Source of the DNA: Chiloscyllium plagiosum
Taxonomy: Eukaryota
Direction: 5' to 3'
Length of the DNA: 64,000 bases
Assembly (NCBI RefSeq): GCF_004010195.1
Contig: NC_057719.1
Location: forward strand, 6,015,580 to 6,079,579
Shown here in pieces: positions 12,214 through 26,031 of this stretch. Each line of letters opens with the position of its first letter. Positions within the stretch are counted from its first letter, which is position 1. The translations under genes were made by a program, and so were the position numbers. Below the pieces are notes generated by a model. It did no database searches. It saw nothing but the letters and a program-made list of their open reading frames with translations, and was not told the DNA's origin.

Positions 12214-15200
12214 TGTTACTCATTTTATCTTAGGTTAAGCCTGAGTGTTAGAATATAAATTGTATGTATACCGTGGATTGTATTACTGTTCTAACTATGT
12301 ATTGTAAGAGTCATTGTTTGTTCAAAATTGTGGAAGTCATATGGCCTTAATAATACATATCTGGGATCGCAGGCTTTGTCTACTTTTTTAAAAAAAGTTA
12401 ATGGTCCCTTGCCAGATCATAACGTAAATTTGGTGGGTCTGGTCTGAAATTGTAATGAGCTGAGACTCTTATTTCAATACTAAGCGTGCTGCACTGTCAG
12501 AAGTACCAGATTTCAGAAGAGATATTAACTCAAAGCACCTCTGGCCATTTGAAGACATAAAAAATTGAAAGATCCCATAGTGCTATTTTGAAAAGAGGGC
12601 AGATAAGTTCTCGAGGTGTCCTATCCAAAGTTTACTTACCGTTCGCTAGAAAGAAATTACCTGGTAATTTTCATCAAAGCTGTTTGTGAAAGCTTGCTCT
12701 TCACAACAGGCCTACTACATTTCCCTATACTGTAAGTGATATCTAAGTCATACTTTGGATCTCATTGGCTGTAAAGAGCTTTGGAATGTTAAGAGGTTGT
12801 AGAAGTTGCTATACAAATGTAAGTCCTCATTTCTTTCTAAAAGAAGCAGTTCTGTCCAGTCTGTCTACTTAGAATGCTAATCCTGGATTGAGGCACTGGA
12901 AAACTGTACAAGCAAGTTATAACATCTGGATGGGTATATGAATAGGAAGGGTTCAGAGGGATATGAGCCAAGTGCTGGCAAATGTGACTAGATTAATTTA
13001 GAATATCTGGTTGGCATGGATGAGTTGGATCAAAGGGTCTGTTTCCATGCTGTACATCTCTATGACTCTAACTGTGGATGCTGGAAATCATAGACAAAAC
13101 AGAAAATTGTGCTTTTATTGAGTCTACACAGGGAATTTGATTAAATGCTGAAAGCACTCAGGGATGAGAAAAGATTTTCCCTGCCATTGAAGGTCATCCA
13201 TCTATTCTGTTGGCTCTCTTGTCATGGCATCCTGTCATGCACTGAAAAATTCACTGTGGTGTGAGAATTTGACTATAGGATCAGTTGACAATTCACACTC
13301 TCTTTCCTCCCTCTTAAGCAAATGTTTGTCTTGACATGAGTTATAGGTTGAAGTTTGATTCATTTCCATCTCTGATACTGTGCCATTGAAAAATTCTGTC
13401 ATTAATATCTCCGGCCCACTGTTCTTGTGTAATGTGTAGTGTGAAGCATATCCCAATATAGACACTTTACAATGGCTTGTAAAACACAAAATGGCATACG
13501 GCAGGTTTAGACAGGAGCTCTGTGAGCTAGATGCAATGCCTTATACTGCTTTAGCACAGGAGTTAGATTTTTGTGCATTAACTGGAGATGAAGTCAAATA
13601 TAATCTTCAATTAAACTTTAAGGAAAATATCTTCAGTCATCAATCAAACATATTTCATTTAAATTTAACCTGAATCTTTTTAAAAATTTAAATAATTCAA
13701 CTACAGAAGCAGATTGGATTTTTGAATAATTTAAAATCATATGGAAGTAGGATTATATCATTTGGACGGAGTTGATGAGGATTTGTCCTAATGCGCACCT
13801 TGCAATGTAGTATGCATCTTTTGTCTGTTATGAATTCTGTGTTCAGTTGTCTAGCTTTTGTTCCACTAAACTGGTGTTCATATTCACACCTTGACCTTCT
13901 GAAAAGAAAACCCAGTTGTTCAAAAGATGGCTATACTGTCCAGTTGCACTGAGCTATCAATACTGGGAAGGATCTAGGTGCCTTGCTGGTCTGTGCCTTG
14001 CTCACCCTAAATGAGATATTGCAGCAGTACAGTTGCAGCAGAATGCTGAGAATAAGTCAGTCAAGGAGGAAGACCAGGTCAGAATTAGTTGCTCTGTCCT
14101 CCAATGATTGAAAATGTGTCCAAAGTTTTGAAATGCAGAATAACCTCATGGACAATATTGTATTGATTTCTCAGTCCTTTCAGGAGTCGCAGCTTAGTGA
14201 GAGAAAAATCTAGAGAGAAATGTCCTTCAGTCTCCTTCTACACCCTGCTAGATAGTGCTGTGCTATTGTTGCTATAGCAACAGTTGACTAAAATCGTCAT
14301 CATCTGGCACCAACTTGTCTCCAGGGAATTTATTCAGAATGCCTAATGGTTTTTGGACGGTTAGAAACTAAACCTTTAAGAAAAAGGAGAAAGAATGAAG
14401 AAAAAGACAAGAATAAGACTCAGCATTCTGAAACAAAAATGGTCTTGGAAAATCATTTCATATTTCAATCTTCCTTTTTTATTTGTTTAAACTTTGCTCA
14501 TCATTTGGGTTTAAGAGACAGTCAGCTGTTTTGAGCGAACACTTGGGTTAGGGGAACACAATGCCATGGAGCAGTAAGTTATCATGAAACAATGAACTCC
14601 CATTCAACTCTGTTCACCAGAAACGGTGGAGACATTGAACCATTTAACATGTCACCAATAAAGGGAGAAATCATACCAGCTGTAATAGCTGAGAGCAAAG
14701 AAACCGACAGTCGTTCAGACAAAAAAGGCAGTAATCAAGTTCTGTGGAGTGAGAAATGCCAAGTTCAATTCCTCGTCTTTTGTTAATTGATCTTGGCCAA
14801 AGGAACATTTGACGTACTGCAGCTAATTGAGCTAGTGAGTGGAAAGACAGTTCGGTTCCATCTAAATCTCTATGCTTACAACTTGTAGAACTGAGAACTT
14901 TTCAACACACCTTCTGTTGGTGCTGTCAAATTCCAGTGTTCTGCTTTATGAGATGATTGCTTCACCCAAAAGTATGTTTAATTCTCCTCAAGCTTGTCGG
15001 TAAAAGTGCTGAGGTTTTTATTGAGCTCAATCCAACTGTCCCTTTGTTAGTTTTTAATGTTTAGCTCAGCATTCTGCATTTAATGCCTACGGTAGATAAT
15101 TGTGCTGCTTCAGAAGGTAAGCAATTCAATTCAGAAGATAGATTCTCTGCCACTTTCTTTATCTCGACTTTGTTTCCCTCTTTTTATTTCTTCTGGAATT

Positions 15201-15312
15201 AACTAGACCTGAAGTGCAGTTTTGGAAGCATTTAGAAGTCTCCAGCACCTTAGTAAAATGACTATGTAATACAAAGCAGTGAATATTATAGGTTATCTTA
15301 TGTGATTCTAGA

Positions 15313-15585
15313 TTAAAGTGGTGCTGGAAAAGCACAGCAGTTCAGGCAGCATCCGCCCTGTAGCCCAACATTTCAACTCCCCCTCCCACTCAGCCAAGGA
15401 CATGGAGGTCCTGGGCCTCCTTCACCGCCGCTCCCTCACCACCCGATGCCTGGAGGAAGACCCTCCTCTCATTTATCTCTCCACCCTGCAGGCACCTTGC
15501 CTCTATTCGATGAAGGGCATTTGCTGGAAAAAAACAATTTTCCTGCTCCCATCTGGGTTCCAGAATCTGCACCCCCTGTTTTTAC
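15313..15585 (+). mobile_element. PLE family A insertion with inverted 5' terminal piece
   Basis: 17-bp TSD tctta(t/c)gtgattctaga at 15296-15312 and 15586-15602. Encodes PVAQHFNSPSHSAKDMEVLGLL...LEE, like a GIY-YIG endonuclease C-terminus. Confidence 0.85.
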
Positions 15586-18500
15586 TCTTACGTGATTCTA
15601 GAGTCCAGTTTTGTTTTCACCCCACTGGTACTTTAGCGTGTTCAAAATAACTCAAGGCATTTTGCAGGAACATTATTAAACAAAATATGACATAGAGCCA
15701 CACAACAAAGCTTAGGACAAGTGACTAAAAGCTTGGTCAAACTGAAAGGTTTACAAGAGCTTTGTTAATGCAGAGAGACTTAGCAAGGGAATTGCAGAAC
15801 TGAGACTCAGGCAGCTAAAGGCACAGCATTATTGGGGGGGCATTAAGTTTGGTGGTCAGTCAGAATTGGAGATTGCAAAAAAAACAAAGTTTTCTGGAAT
15901 AGATAAGTAGACAAAAAAAGCTCCTTATTTGATCACTTCCAGTTGTCAAGTTATACAGGCTCATTTGAGGGTGTTGGAAGCCTTGGTATTATGGACTTGC
16001 AAAGCAACAACTGTAGCCAGTATTCCTATTTGTAGTCACTGTTGGGCACATTACTGAAATGTGTGGATGTTTGGTGCAGTTCAGATTGGACTCAGTTATG
16101 ATGCTTCGTTTCTTTCTAACACCATTCTCGCTTTCTGCTGTTGTTCAATGTTGAGGCTCAGACTTGAATGGATAAAGCACCAATAACCCAACCCACCATA
16201 GCACCTCAGCTTATGAGAAGTGACAGGCAGCAAAAGGTCTGCTGGTCAATCCAAGTTGTTCCAAATCAAATATGAATTATGATGCAGACACCCGACTCTA
16301 TCCAACATTAAGAAGTCTCCTGGGAAATGTGGAAAAGCAGACTGAAGACCAGGCTTTTCTGGGGGTGGGGACCAGTACTTGGTCTTTCTGCACAGAACAC
16401 ATTCAGCTCTTTTTTGAACTCATAGCAAAAGAACCAATATTGCAGCCTTGCCTTCTCACTCCATTCAGTTATTATTTTACATAGTATTTACAACCAGTTA
16501 GTTTTACAGTTCTGCATTCTACATGAGCCTCTTCCCATCAGCACCTCACACTATCAGCATAATATCCTACTGTTCCTTTCTCATAGTTAAAGAACTATCT
16601 AAATGTTTGTAATGCATACCATGATAGATCTATATCTCAAGTGGGTGATTTATATGTGACTTGGGTTTTCTCATTTCCAGCTTATTTTGGCCAGCAGCAG
16701 TTACATTTCCACTCAAACTCTCTAACTGACCCCTTTCCCTTGTGTTCATTTGTGTCATAAAAGCCTGTTATTAATTTAATCTCAGTAAAATGTTGGCAAA
16801 GCAGACTTATTGGCTCTCAAACCCATTCAATTCGGACAGATAGTTTTATCTGCCTTGGTTCCCAGATGTAATTTAGTAAATTATACATGCTCTCTCTTGC
16901 ATTAAAATTGCACAAAACGTATATCATTACAGAAAAAGAAACAGGCTGTCAACAAATTAGCGGAACAGTGTGTGGTGTTTTATTTCCAGCCTGTTTCTGA
17001 CTTGCCTGAAGACTCTCATCATCTCTGTATGTGTCTCTCAGTCTCTGCAGGCGGGGGCTGCGATTGTATTGCACTGTTACAGAGGCAGACACACAATGTG
17101 TCACACATAGTATAACCCCTAATTATTGTGTTCCATCAGAGATCCAGCTGCTCGCACTGCACTCTGTGACCGGAGCTTTCTCCACAACGGCATCCTTCTG
17201 TATTGATTCATTAGTGCAGATCAAAAGCTTTGATGTAGCCTGGTTAATTATTACAAGCCATCGAGGACTGATGATTTATTAATATGCTTGGCAATCTTTC
17301 TTTGAGCACCCAGGGGAGCAAGCGGTTCCTGACCATGGAACGAAGCAATTGATCTACCATGATACTTTGCTGTTTTGACACTTAAATTTCATTCTAACTA
17401 TGTTTTAATGATTAACCTGGTATCAAACCGAAGTCTCCAGAGGTGGAAGATTCCAAGTCATGATTCAGTTTCATTGGCTGGGATCAGACAACCTTTTCAC
17501 TTCAGTATACCATTATGTTGAGTGGGGAGGTTGGGTGGGTGACACTGAAAATGGAATAATCAAAACCCTTTCTCCCAATGTCAGTTGAAACACTGCAAGA
17601 GTGTAGATTGAAGCTTGCTTTTCATGCCCTCTGCAATTACTCTGCTTGGCACTGTAAACACATACGCACCTCAATTCTGAGGACAAAACAGCCTGCAATT
17701 CAAAAATACCTTTCCTTATCCCAAAGCATTATACAGCCAAAGAAGTGAAGTCACAGCTATAATGTAGGAAATGTACACAGCAAGGCCCCACTAAAGGTGC
17801 TGTCAACTGTGGAGCTGTTCTGGGATATAAATACGGGTTTGGGCACTAGAGCAAACCACCCTGCTCCTCTTTGTAATAATGCCATGGAGATTTGATATCC
17901 TTCATTTTTGTCAGAAAGAAAGCCTAAAATTTCTGCTTACTCTCTGCAGGGAAATTTAACTGCACATCTGTGGAGGAAGACAGTTCATGTTTCAAGTCCA
18001 GTGAGAAGGGTCGCTGGACTTGAAACATTGACTCTTTCTCTCTCCATAGATGCTGTCAGAACTGCTGAGTTTCTCCAGCAATTTCTATTTTGGTTTCATT
18101 CCAATCTCCCCCATCCGCAGTTCTTTGCTTTATTTTAAATCCACTTGAGCAAGTGCTGTTGACTAAACCACCACTGTTAGCTTGCCCAGGACAGTATCAG
18201 CATCAAAAAGACAGGGGACAGTTATGCAAGAGACTTGAGGCCTTAATTATTTAGCATTCTGATTGTCTATTACTCAGTTTATATTTTCAATTTTGTGGTT
18301 ATCCATTAACATTACCATTGAGCAGAAAGATTTATTCTGGCTCATAGCTTGAGGTTTCAGTGAATGATTTAAAAGCCTGTGCTTGAACAGGAGACTTATT
18401 GTGAAGGTTCTGGTAATAATTAAGAGAAAGGTGCTGCAGAAGGAGCAGCAGTTACTTTCAGAACCCAGGTTTTATTCACTCATGGCTGTATGTGTGGATA

Positions 18501-19212
18501 AGATTACAGCTATCTGTGATAGCACTCTGAGCTAGATTGTTGTGGAGGCCTTATACCCGAGACGTCGATTCTCCTGCTCCTCAGATGCTGCCTGACCTGC
18601 TGTGCTTTTCCAGCACCATACTGTTGACTGTTGTGGCTTCAAAGCCCTGTTATAGAAGTTTAAGCATAAAATTAAAACTACACGGGCTCTGGGAACAGAC
18701 ATAAGTAAAATGAACCTGGGGAGAACCAATGCTGACGCAAAGAGCTGAATGGCATCCTCGTGCTGTAACAATTCTATCTCACCAATCTGACCGTTCTTCA
18801 CATGTAATTTTGGTTAATATTCTTTCATGGGTGCGTGCACTCCTGGAAAGGCTCACGCTTGTTAGCCGTTCCTGATTGCCCTTGAACTGAAAGTCCAACC
18901 ACGGTACCGTGGGTCACACACTCATAAAGCTCTTACAATAAGGAAAAAAGTTTTACAACTCATCATGTCTACACTGTTCATCAAACAGCCATGTAATCTA
19001 AACCATTTTCCAGCATTTTTCCCATAGCCTGCATACTGTGGCATTTCAAGTGTTCATCTAAATCCTACTAAAATGCTTTTAGGATTCTGTCTTGACCATG
19101 CTTTTCGGCAGTGAGCACCATATACCCATGACCCTCTGGGTGAAAAGAAATTTCCTCAAAGCTCCTGTAAACCTCCTGCTTCTGATCTGTGCTTCTTGTT
19201 ATTGAACCTTGT

Positions 19213-20172
19213 TCAAAGTTTGTGCGAAGATTTGTCGCTCGGGTGTTCGTTGTTGTGTCCTGATGCAGCTTCGTTTGTGTGTGTTGGGGTGGTTACTTTC
19301 ATAGTTGAGGACTTACGGGCGAGAGACGCTGAGACAAGCCAGGACACCGAACGGAGAATTCACTGCAAGGGTATACAGGAAAGCCACACACACAGACCAA
19401 GTCCTAAACTATGAAAGTAACCACCCCAACACACACAAACGAAGCTGCATCAGGACACTATTCAAAAGGGCCACAACACACTGCAGTACACCAGAACTGA
19501 AAAAAGAAGAAGAGGAACACCTATACAAGGTATTCACCAAAAACGGATACCCGCGCAACTTCAACAACAGATGCCTAAGAGAAAGACCACGGAACGAGGA
19601 CATACCACAACCAAAAGGACTAGCCAAACTACCATCCATCAGGAGCATCTCAGAACTGACAGCCAGACTACTGCGACCCCGAGGACTCATAACGGNNNNN
19701 NNNNNNNNNNNNNNNNNNNNNNNNNNNNNNNNNNNNNNNNNNNNNNNNNNNNNNNNNNNNNNNNNNNNNNNNNNNNNNNNNNNNNNNNNNNNNNNNNNNN
19801 NNNNNNNNNNNNNNNNNNNNNNNNNNNNNNNNNNNNNNNNNNNNNNNNNNNNNNNNNNNNNNNNNNNNNNNNNNNNNNNNNNNNNNNNNNNNNNNNNNNN
19901 NNNNNNNNNNNNGTGCAGTCTTTGCATGGTATTTTGTACACTACATTCGTCTTGCTCATGTTGGGTATCGGTTCCTTCGTTCTGGTGAGTTGTTGTCTGA
20001 GCGTGGCTGTTGGAACTGACAACCGGAAGCAGCAGGGACAGACCACTATAAACACCGGAGGAAACATCAAAGAAGCGCTTCGCAGGAGGCTCCCAAGCAC
20101 TGATGATGTCGCCTAGCCAGGGGACGAAACGTTTGCAACAAAAACTTCCAGCTCTGCGAACAGAACCACAAC
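19213..20172 (+). mobile_element. Rearranged Penelope (Poseidon-type) RT/GIY-YIG fragment, family B
   Basis: 13-bp TSD tattgaaccttgt at 19200-19212 and 20173-20185. Peptides VYRKATHTDQVLNYESNHPNTHKRSCIRTLFKRA...NGYP (+) and TNVVYKIPCKDC (-). Confidence 0.92.
20097..20136 (+). ncRNA. Minimal hammerhead ribozyme (PLE family B)
   Basis: gca-CTGATGA-T-GTCGCC-tagcca-GGGGAC-GAAA-CGTT-tgc: 3-bp stem I, stem II with one mismatch, GUU triplet. Confidence 0.65.
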
Positions 20173-21219
20173 TATTGAACCTTGTGCTAGGGGGAGAGGT
20201 TTCTCCCTATCTATCCTACGTATGCCCCTCAGAACTTTGTACACTCAATTAGCCTTTTTTCCTTTAAAGAAAAGCACCCCAGCCTTCTTCATCTCTCTTC
20301 AAAGCTGAATCTTTCTAGTACAAGAAACATCCTGGTGAATCTCTTCTGCAACCTCTCTCGCACAATCGCATCCTTCCTATTGTGTGGCAACCAGAACTGC
20401 ATGCACTACTTTAGCTGTGGCCTAACTAGATTTGCATATAGTTCCAATATATCTTCCTTGCTTCTACATTTAGTTCTTTGACTAATAAAGGCAAATACCC
20501 CAATTGCTTTCTTAAGCATCTTACCTACCTGTCCTGTTGCCCTCAAGGACTAATGGACATAGACACCAACATCTCTCTGATTCTCTGTGTTTACTAGGGC
20601 CTTATCATTCAATGTATACTACCTTTGCTTTGTTAGTCCTTCCAAAATGCATCACCTCACTTTTCAAGTTGCCACTGTTCAGCTCATCTGACCAGCCCAA
20701 CGATATTATCTTGTAATCAAAGGCTTTCCACCTTGCTATTTACCAACCACCAATTTTCAAGTCATCAGTGAACTTACTGATCATGCCTCCAGAATTTATG
20801 TCTCGATCATTAATGTACATAACAAACAGCAAGGGTCCCAGCACTGAACCCTGTGGTATGACACTAGACACAGGCTTCCAGTCACAAATACAACCTTCGA
20901 CCATCACCATCTACTTCCTGCCACTCAGCCAATTTTGAATGCACTTTGCCAAATTGCACTGAATCGCATAGGCTCCTAGCTCCTTAACCATTCTGACATG
21001 TGAGACCTTGTCAAAAGCCTTATTGAGGCTGTCAACTTCACTATCCCCATGTACCCACACAGTCACCTCCTCTCAAAGTCAGTGAAATTTCTTAGACATG
21101 ACCTTCCCCTTACAAAGCCACACTAACTATCCTTGATTAATCCTTGCTTCTCCAAGTGAAAATTAATTCTGTCCCTTCAAAGATTTTCAAGTAGTTTCCC
21201 TACCACCCCTCTTAAATAA

Positions 21220-21351
21220 TGTTAAAAATCACACCACACCAGGTTATAGTCCAACAGGTTTATTTGGAAGTACTAGCTTTCGGAGCACTGCTCCTTGGTC
21301 AGGTAGCTAGTCTTTGTCCACCCCAGTCCAACACTGGAACCTCCTCATCGT
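21220..21351. mobile_element. PLE-derived miniature insertion, family C
   Basis: TSD tcttaaataa at 21210-21219 and 21352-21361. Homologous to 46707-46902. Confidence 0.8.
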
Positions 21352-21672
21352 TCTTAAATAACAGTATCACATTACCTGTCCTTCAGTCCTTTACCACCAC
21401 TCCTGTAGCCAAAGAAGATTTGAAAATTATTGTCGGAGCCCATGCAATCTTTGCCTTTGCCTCTCACAGTAGCCTAGGGTACAGCTCATCTATGCCTGGA
21501 GATTTATCTACTTTCAAGACTGCTAAAATCACTAATATCTCCATTCATTCAAGTGTATCACAGATGCAAAGTATTGATTTAGAACCTCAGCTATACCTTC
21601 CAGCTCCAAGTGCAGATTGCCACTTTGGTTCTTAATGAACCCTACACTTTCCCTGGTTATTCTCTTGCTCTT

Positions 21673-22253
21673 AGAGTAGAGTATCTTTTATTTGTCATTT
21701 CAGCCATATATAACTGATACAGTAAAAACGAGACAGCATTCCTCCAGTACCGAGGGTGCGACATGGACAGCAGAAACTACACGATCGTGAATGGCATAAA
21801 GTGCAAAACTCGTAACTTACAGTGTAATAGAAGAATGATAGACATTTTTCAAGCAGTAATATGAAAGAATTTCCAATGGGAAAGAGTCCAGTTATGCTGT
21901 ATTAAGGAGCCTGATGGCTTGAGGAAAGGAACTGTTGCACAGTCTGGCCATGAGAGATCGTATGCTCCAGTATATTCTGCCAGATGGCAGGAGGAAGAAG
22001 AATTGGAGTGAGGGGTGTGTGGGGTCTTCCACAATGCTCTTAGCCTTTCAGATGCAGCGTGTGCAGTAAATGTCTAATGGAGGGAAGAGAGACGCTGAGG
22101 ACCTTCTCAACTGTCCTCACTGTCCATTGTCGGGTCTTATGATCGGAGAGAGTGCAATTCCCGAACCAGCCAGTGATTCAGCAGCTCAGGGTACTCTCAG
22201 TAAACCTGTAGAATGTGGTGAGGATGGGGGATAGGAGGTGGGCTTTCTTCAGC
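21673..22253 (-). mobile_element. Rex1/Babar LINE 3' fragment
   Basis: The minus strand reads like the Rex1 C-terminus (WFGNC...DPTHP...LPSGR...NSSFPQAIRLLN), with a short (ctact)n-type tail. A small related piece lies at ~4900-4975. Confidence 0.8.
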
Positions 22254-25200
22254 CAATTTTAATATATTTTGGATTGTTGGATCTTCCTTAATGGTACCTC
22301 ATGAGTGTTTCTCATGTCCCCTTTTTGCTCTTCTAATTTCTTCTTTGAGCAACTTATGCACTTTATATACTCTTCTAAGGAATCTGCTGTTTTGAGCTTT
22401 CATAGAACATAGAACATAGAAGAATACAGCGCAGTACAGGCCCTTTGGCCCTCGAACATGCGCCGATCCAAGCCCACCTAACCTATACTAACCCACTATC
22501 TACCAGAAACTTCCTTTTACTTCCTTTATTTAATCCTGTATGTCCCTTGAAATACAGGGTTCTGTGGACTTGTTAATCCCATTCATTATTTTTACAGGAC
22601 ATGTCGGCCCTGCACACTTGCTATTATCCTTTTAGATATCTCCCACTGCTCTGATATGGATTATCTTGCAAGTAGCTGCTTCCAGGCAACTTTGGCTTCT
22701 AATCTTAATAAAATCGACCTTCACAAATTCAGAACCTTTATTTTCAGCTGATTTCGTCCTGTTACTGGATCTGATGTCACATATAGGCCAATATCTTATC
22801 AGTATAAAGGCAGCACAGCCTTTTCAAGGTTAACTTTCCCCACGATTGCAGCAGTCTTACAGTGCAGACCTTTTGGTCCACTGTGCCTGCAGCAGCTCGT
22901 TAAATGAGCAATTTGACTCGTACCAACCTCCTGCTTTTCCTCCATAATTTTGCGTGCTATTTCTATCCAAATCACCAACTAATACTCTCATGAGTACCTC
23001 AAATGAACCTGATGTCACCACATTTCCAGGCAATGCATTCCATACTCTAACTGCTTGCTGTATGAAAACATTTTTCCTCATTTCACCCTTACTTCTTTTG
23101 CAGATCACTTTAAATCTTTTCCCTCTTGTTCTTCCAGCGAAGACATGCTGCTACTTGAAGTCCATTGTAGATTGTGTTACAGATGCTGCTTCATGTCCAC
23201 ATTGTATTCAGACAGCAAGTCAGGCAGAAAATAGGGCTTGTGAATTAATGATGATTATTTAGAAGCAAACGCTACTTAAAAGGTGTTACTTATTGAATAA
23301 ATACAAGGCACTGTTTTCTTTTTATCTTGCTGGAACTTCAGAAGACAGGACAGATTCTGAACTCTACAGTAGAGCTGCTTATAATTGTGTGACTTGTAAA
23401 GCTGCTTCTCCAGTTCAGTTGATTGATATAACACTTTTCATGATGCTGCTTGGCTTTACCTGGGCTTCAGAGCTGAGCTCTCATGGTCCCTGCTACAAAG
23501 TTAAAAGGAAAGAGCTAATTTAGCTGCAGTATCTTTCATGACCTCAAAATGTGCCAACGCGTCTTAGTTGCAACAACAAACTCTTTGTGAAATGTTGATG
23601 CAGAAAAAATGGCAGCCAATTTGTGCACAGCAAGATGCCACAGAGTAGAGTGTGATAACAGCATAAAACATAGGAGCACCTTGAACCTGCCTTGCCACTC
23701 CATAAGTTTGTAGTTGATTTAGCTTAAGTCCACTGTTCTGCCCTAATCCTCTATCTCTTGATTCCTTAGATAACCAGATAATTTGTTTTTATCGGTGTTG
23801 GTTGAGGGATGAATTTTGGCTTAAACACCAGGTGATAGGGTTCCCCTGACTTCTTTAACATGGAGAACATGAGATCTTTTAGACCTGTTGAGAAGGCAGA
23901 CAGGACTTCAGTTTAGCATCTCATCCAGAAGACACAAAGTGAACCTCTGAATGTGGGGCACTGGGCTACCCCTTGACCCCATTGTAATCCCCTCTGTACT
24001 AGCTGTGTGAAGTGATACATTAAGAAGTATTTTGACATGAATCAAAGCCTTCAGGAGACGGAGGTGCAGAATACAGTACTGGAGGGCATCCTTTTGTCGC
24101 TGCAGAACCATTTGAGTTCTGAATGAGACAGATGTGACCTGTGTGTACCAGGGTCTGTAGTTCAATGGCAGAATCTTGTCAATTGGCACAAGTTCTGGAA
24201 TAGAATTTGAATTTATTTACGGTGAAATGGAAGGTTTTCTTCTGAGCAGTTGGATAACTCTAGCATTTGAAATTCATCTTTACAATTCTTGTCAACATCC
24301 CATGTTCACTTTCAGCTAATCGGAGATTTTTGTCAACCTTTCTTTTCCTCTTCTCAACATGAGCTTTCAGAAAAACATGAATCGTCATTCGTAAATCACC
24401 TAGTTGACATCAAGGTCCACGTGAAATGTTTGAGCTGTCTTAAATTTGAATTTTCTATGTTTAAAATTGAGAGCTGTTAAAGATTCATACTGAATAGCAG
24501 AGCGGGGTTGAGGAACCTAACTGCTGCTTCTGTACCTTATGTTCTTGCGACTCTGTAATCTGAAGATCTTGTCATATCCTAAGAGGCTTCTCCAGTGTTG
24601 AGTGTCTCAGAAGAGCTTAGCTTATCTAAACCAAGGAGAATGTGACATTGTGATGTTCGTCTAATCTGCCGCAGCCAATGCATTAAATTAACTTGTGTCA
24701 TGCTATTGCTAACTCGGTTCACAGGGTCCTACAACCCCAAGAGAGCACCCCCCACTCCCCCAGTATTCATCCTCACATTGTGAACCTGGAGGGTGGGTAT
24801 GACGATGTGGAGATTTCCTAGGAGAGCCTGATTTCCATATGCACACGTGCGCATTTCTAACAGCAAATACCTAGTGATGCTGTACCCTCCTTACCCCAGA
24901 AGCATTCAACCCCGTTGATAGAATCAGTCATATAACACACAACATTCATCCTGCCCAGCTATTTGTGCAAACCTGCCAAGTTAGCCCTAATTCTCCCCCA
25001 TTGCCCTGAAAACATTTCCTTATCAATTATGAATTCAGTTTCCTTCTGAAGGCTGTTATTGAATTAGGTTTTACGGTTCTTTTAATCACATTATATTCCT
25101 ACATTTCTCCCTGTCTCTCTCACACACGCGATAGTGACTACACAAGTATCTGACAGTTATAAAATGATTTGGGACTTCCTATTGTCCTGAAAAGTGCAAC

Positions 25201-25825
25201 AGCTATGTTAGTCTATTTCCCTGAATTATCGATCATCATTATTTGCTGTATGAGATAAAAAAAAACTTCCTCACCTCCTGTGTCTCAAAATTTACTAATA
25301 CTCTTAAATCCATGTCCCCTGAGTTCTGCCAACATCACCTCAAATATTTTCTGAGTGCGCGGATGACTTGTTGAGTTGTGCAGAACTTCTAAGTTGATTA
25401 ACATGGTCACAGACACTTTGTGATTTGAAGGGCCAATTTGTCCTTGACTGCACAACTTAGTGGAAATATTGGTTGTCATCCCTGGAAGCAGCATCTCTAC
25501 TGTTGTAAGGAGAACAGGCCCAGTTTCTCCAATTGCTCCACATAACAGAAGTCTCTCATCCCTAATATCATTCCAGTAAACTTCCTTTGCACAGTACCCT
25601 AGCTGAGACCTTATCGGTTATCTTTAAATTAAAGTATTCCTGTCAGTGCCATATCTGATATCAATTCACTCTGCACAAATCTATTACTCATACCAGGACC
25701 TTCTGACCTCTGGAATATCGTCAGAAAATGGTAGGAGGGTGAGAGAAGGTGGTAATAACTATTTTGACATTGCCCTGCGAAAAAATAATTCTACATTTGT
25801 ATGAGAGGCAGCTACTTACGATTAG

Positions 25826-26031
25826 CCGCGATATGAAGGTGCTGGTGTTGGATTGGGGTGGACAAGGTCACAGGTTACACCAGATTATAGTCCAACAGGT
25901 TAATTTGAAATCACAAGCTTTTGCAGCTCTGCTTCTTTGACAGATGGAGTGACAAAGGAGCAGCGCTCCAAAACCTTGTGATTTCAAATAAACCTGTTGG
26001 ACTATAACCTGGTGTCATGTGACTTCTGACC
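25826..26031. mobile_element. PLE-derived fold-back insertion, family C (older)
   Basis: TSD tacgattag at 25817-25825 and 26032-26040. Inverted arms tatagtccaacagg / cctgttggactata. Confidence 0.8.

Larger units (their letters stand above)
18960..22780 (-). mobile_element. Old CR1 LINE ORF2 remnant hosting four younger insertions
   Basis: RT remnants (KAFDKV, QGSVLGP) on the minus strand at ~20800-21020. Interrupted at 19213-20172, 21220-21351, 21673-22253 and 22401-22497. Confidence 0.75.

Noticed and set aside
14592..14786. Short ORF in unique sequence
   Set aside because: No recognisable homology or splice context; the length is compatible with chance.
17051..17112. Cassette exon after the acceptor-like tctctgcag at 17050
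   Set aside because: The phase-0 frame hits TAG after 19 codons and there is no convincing donor nearby.
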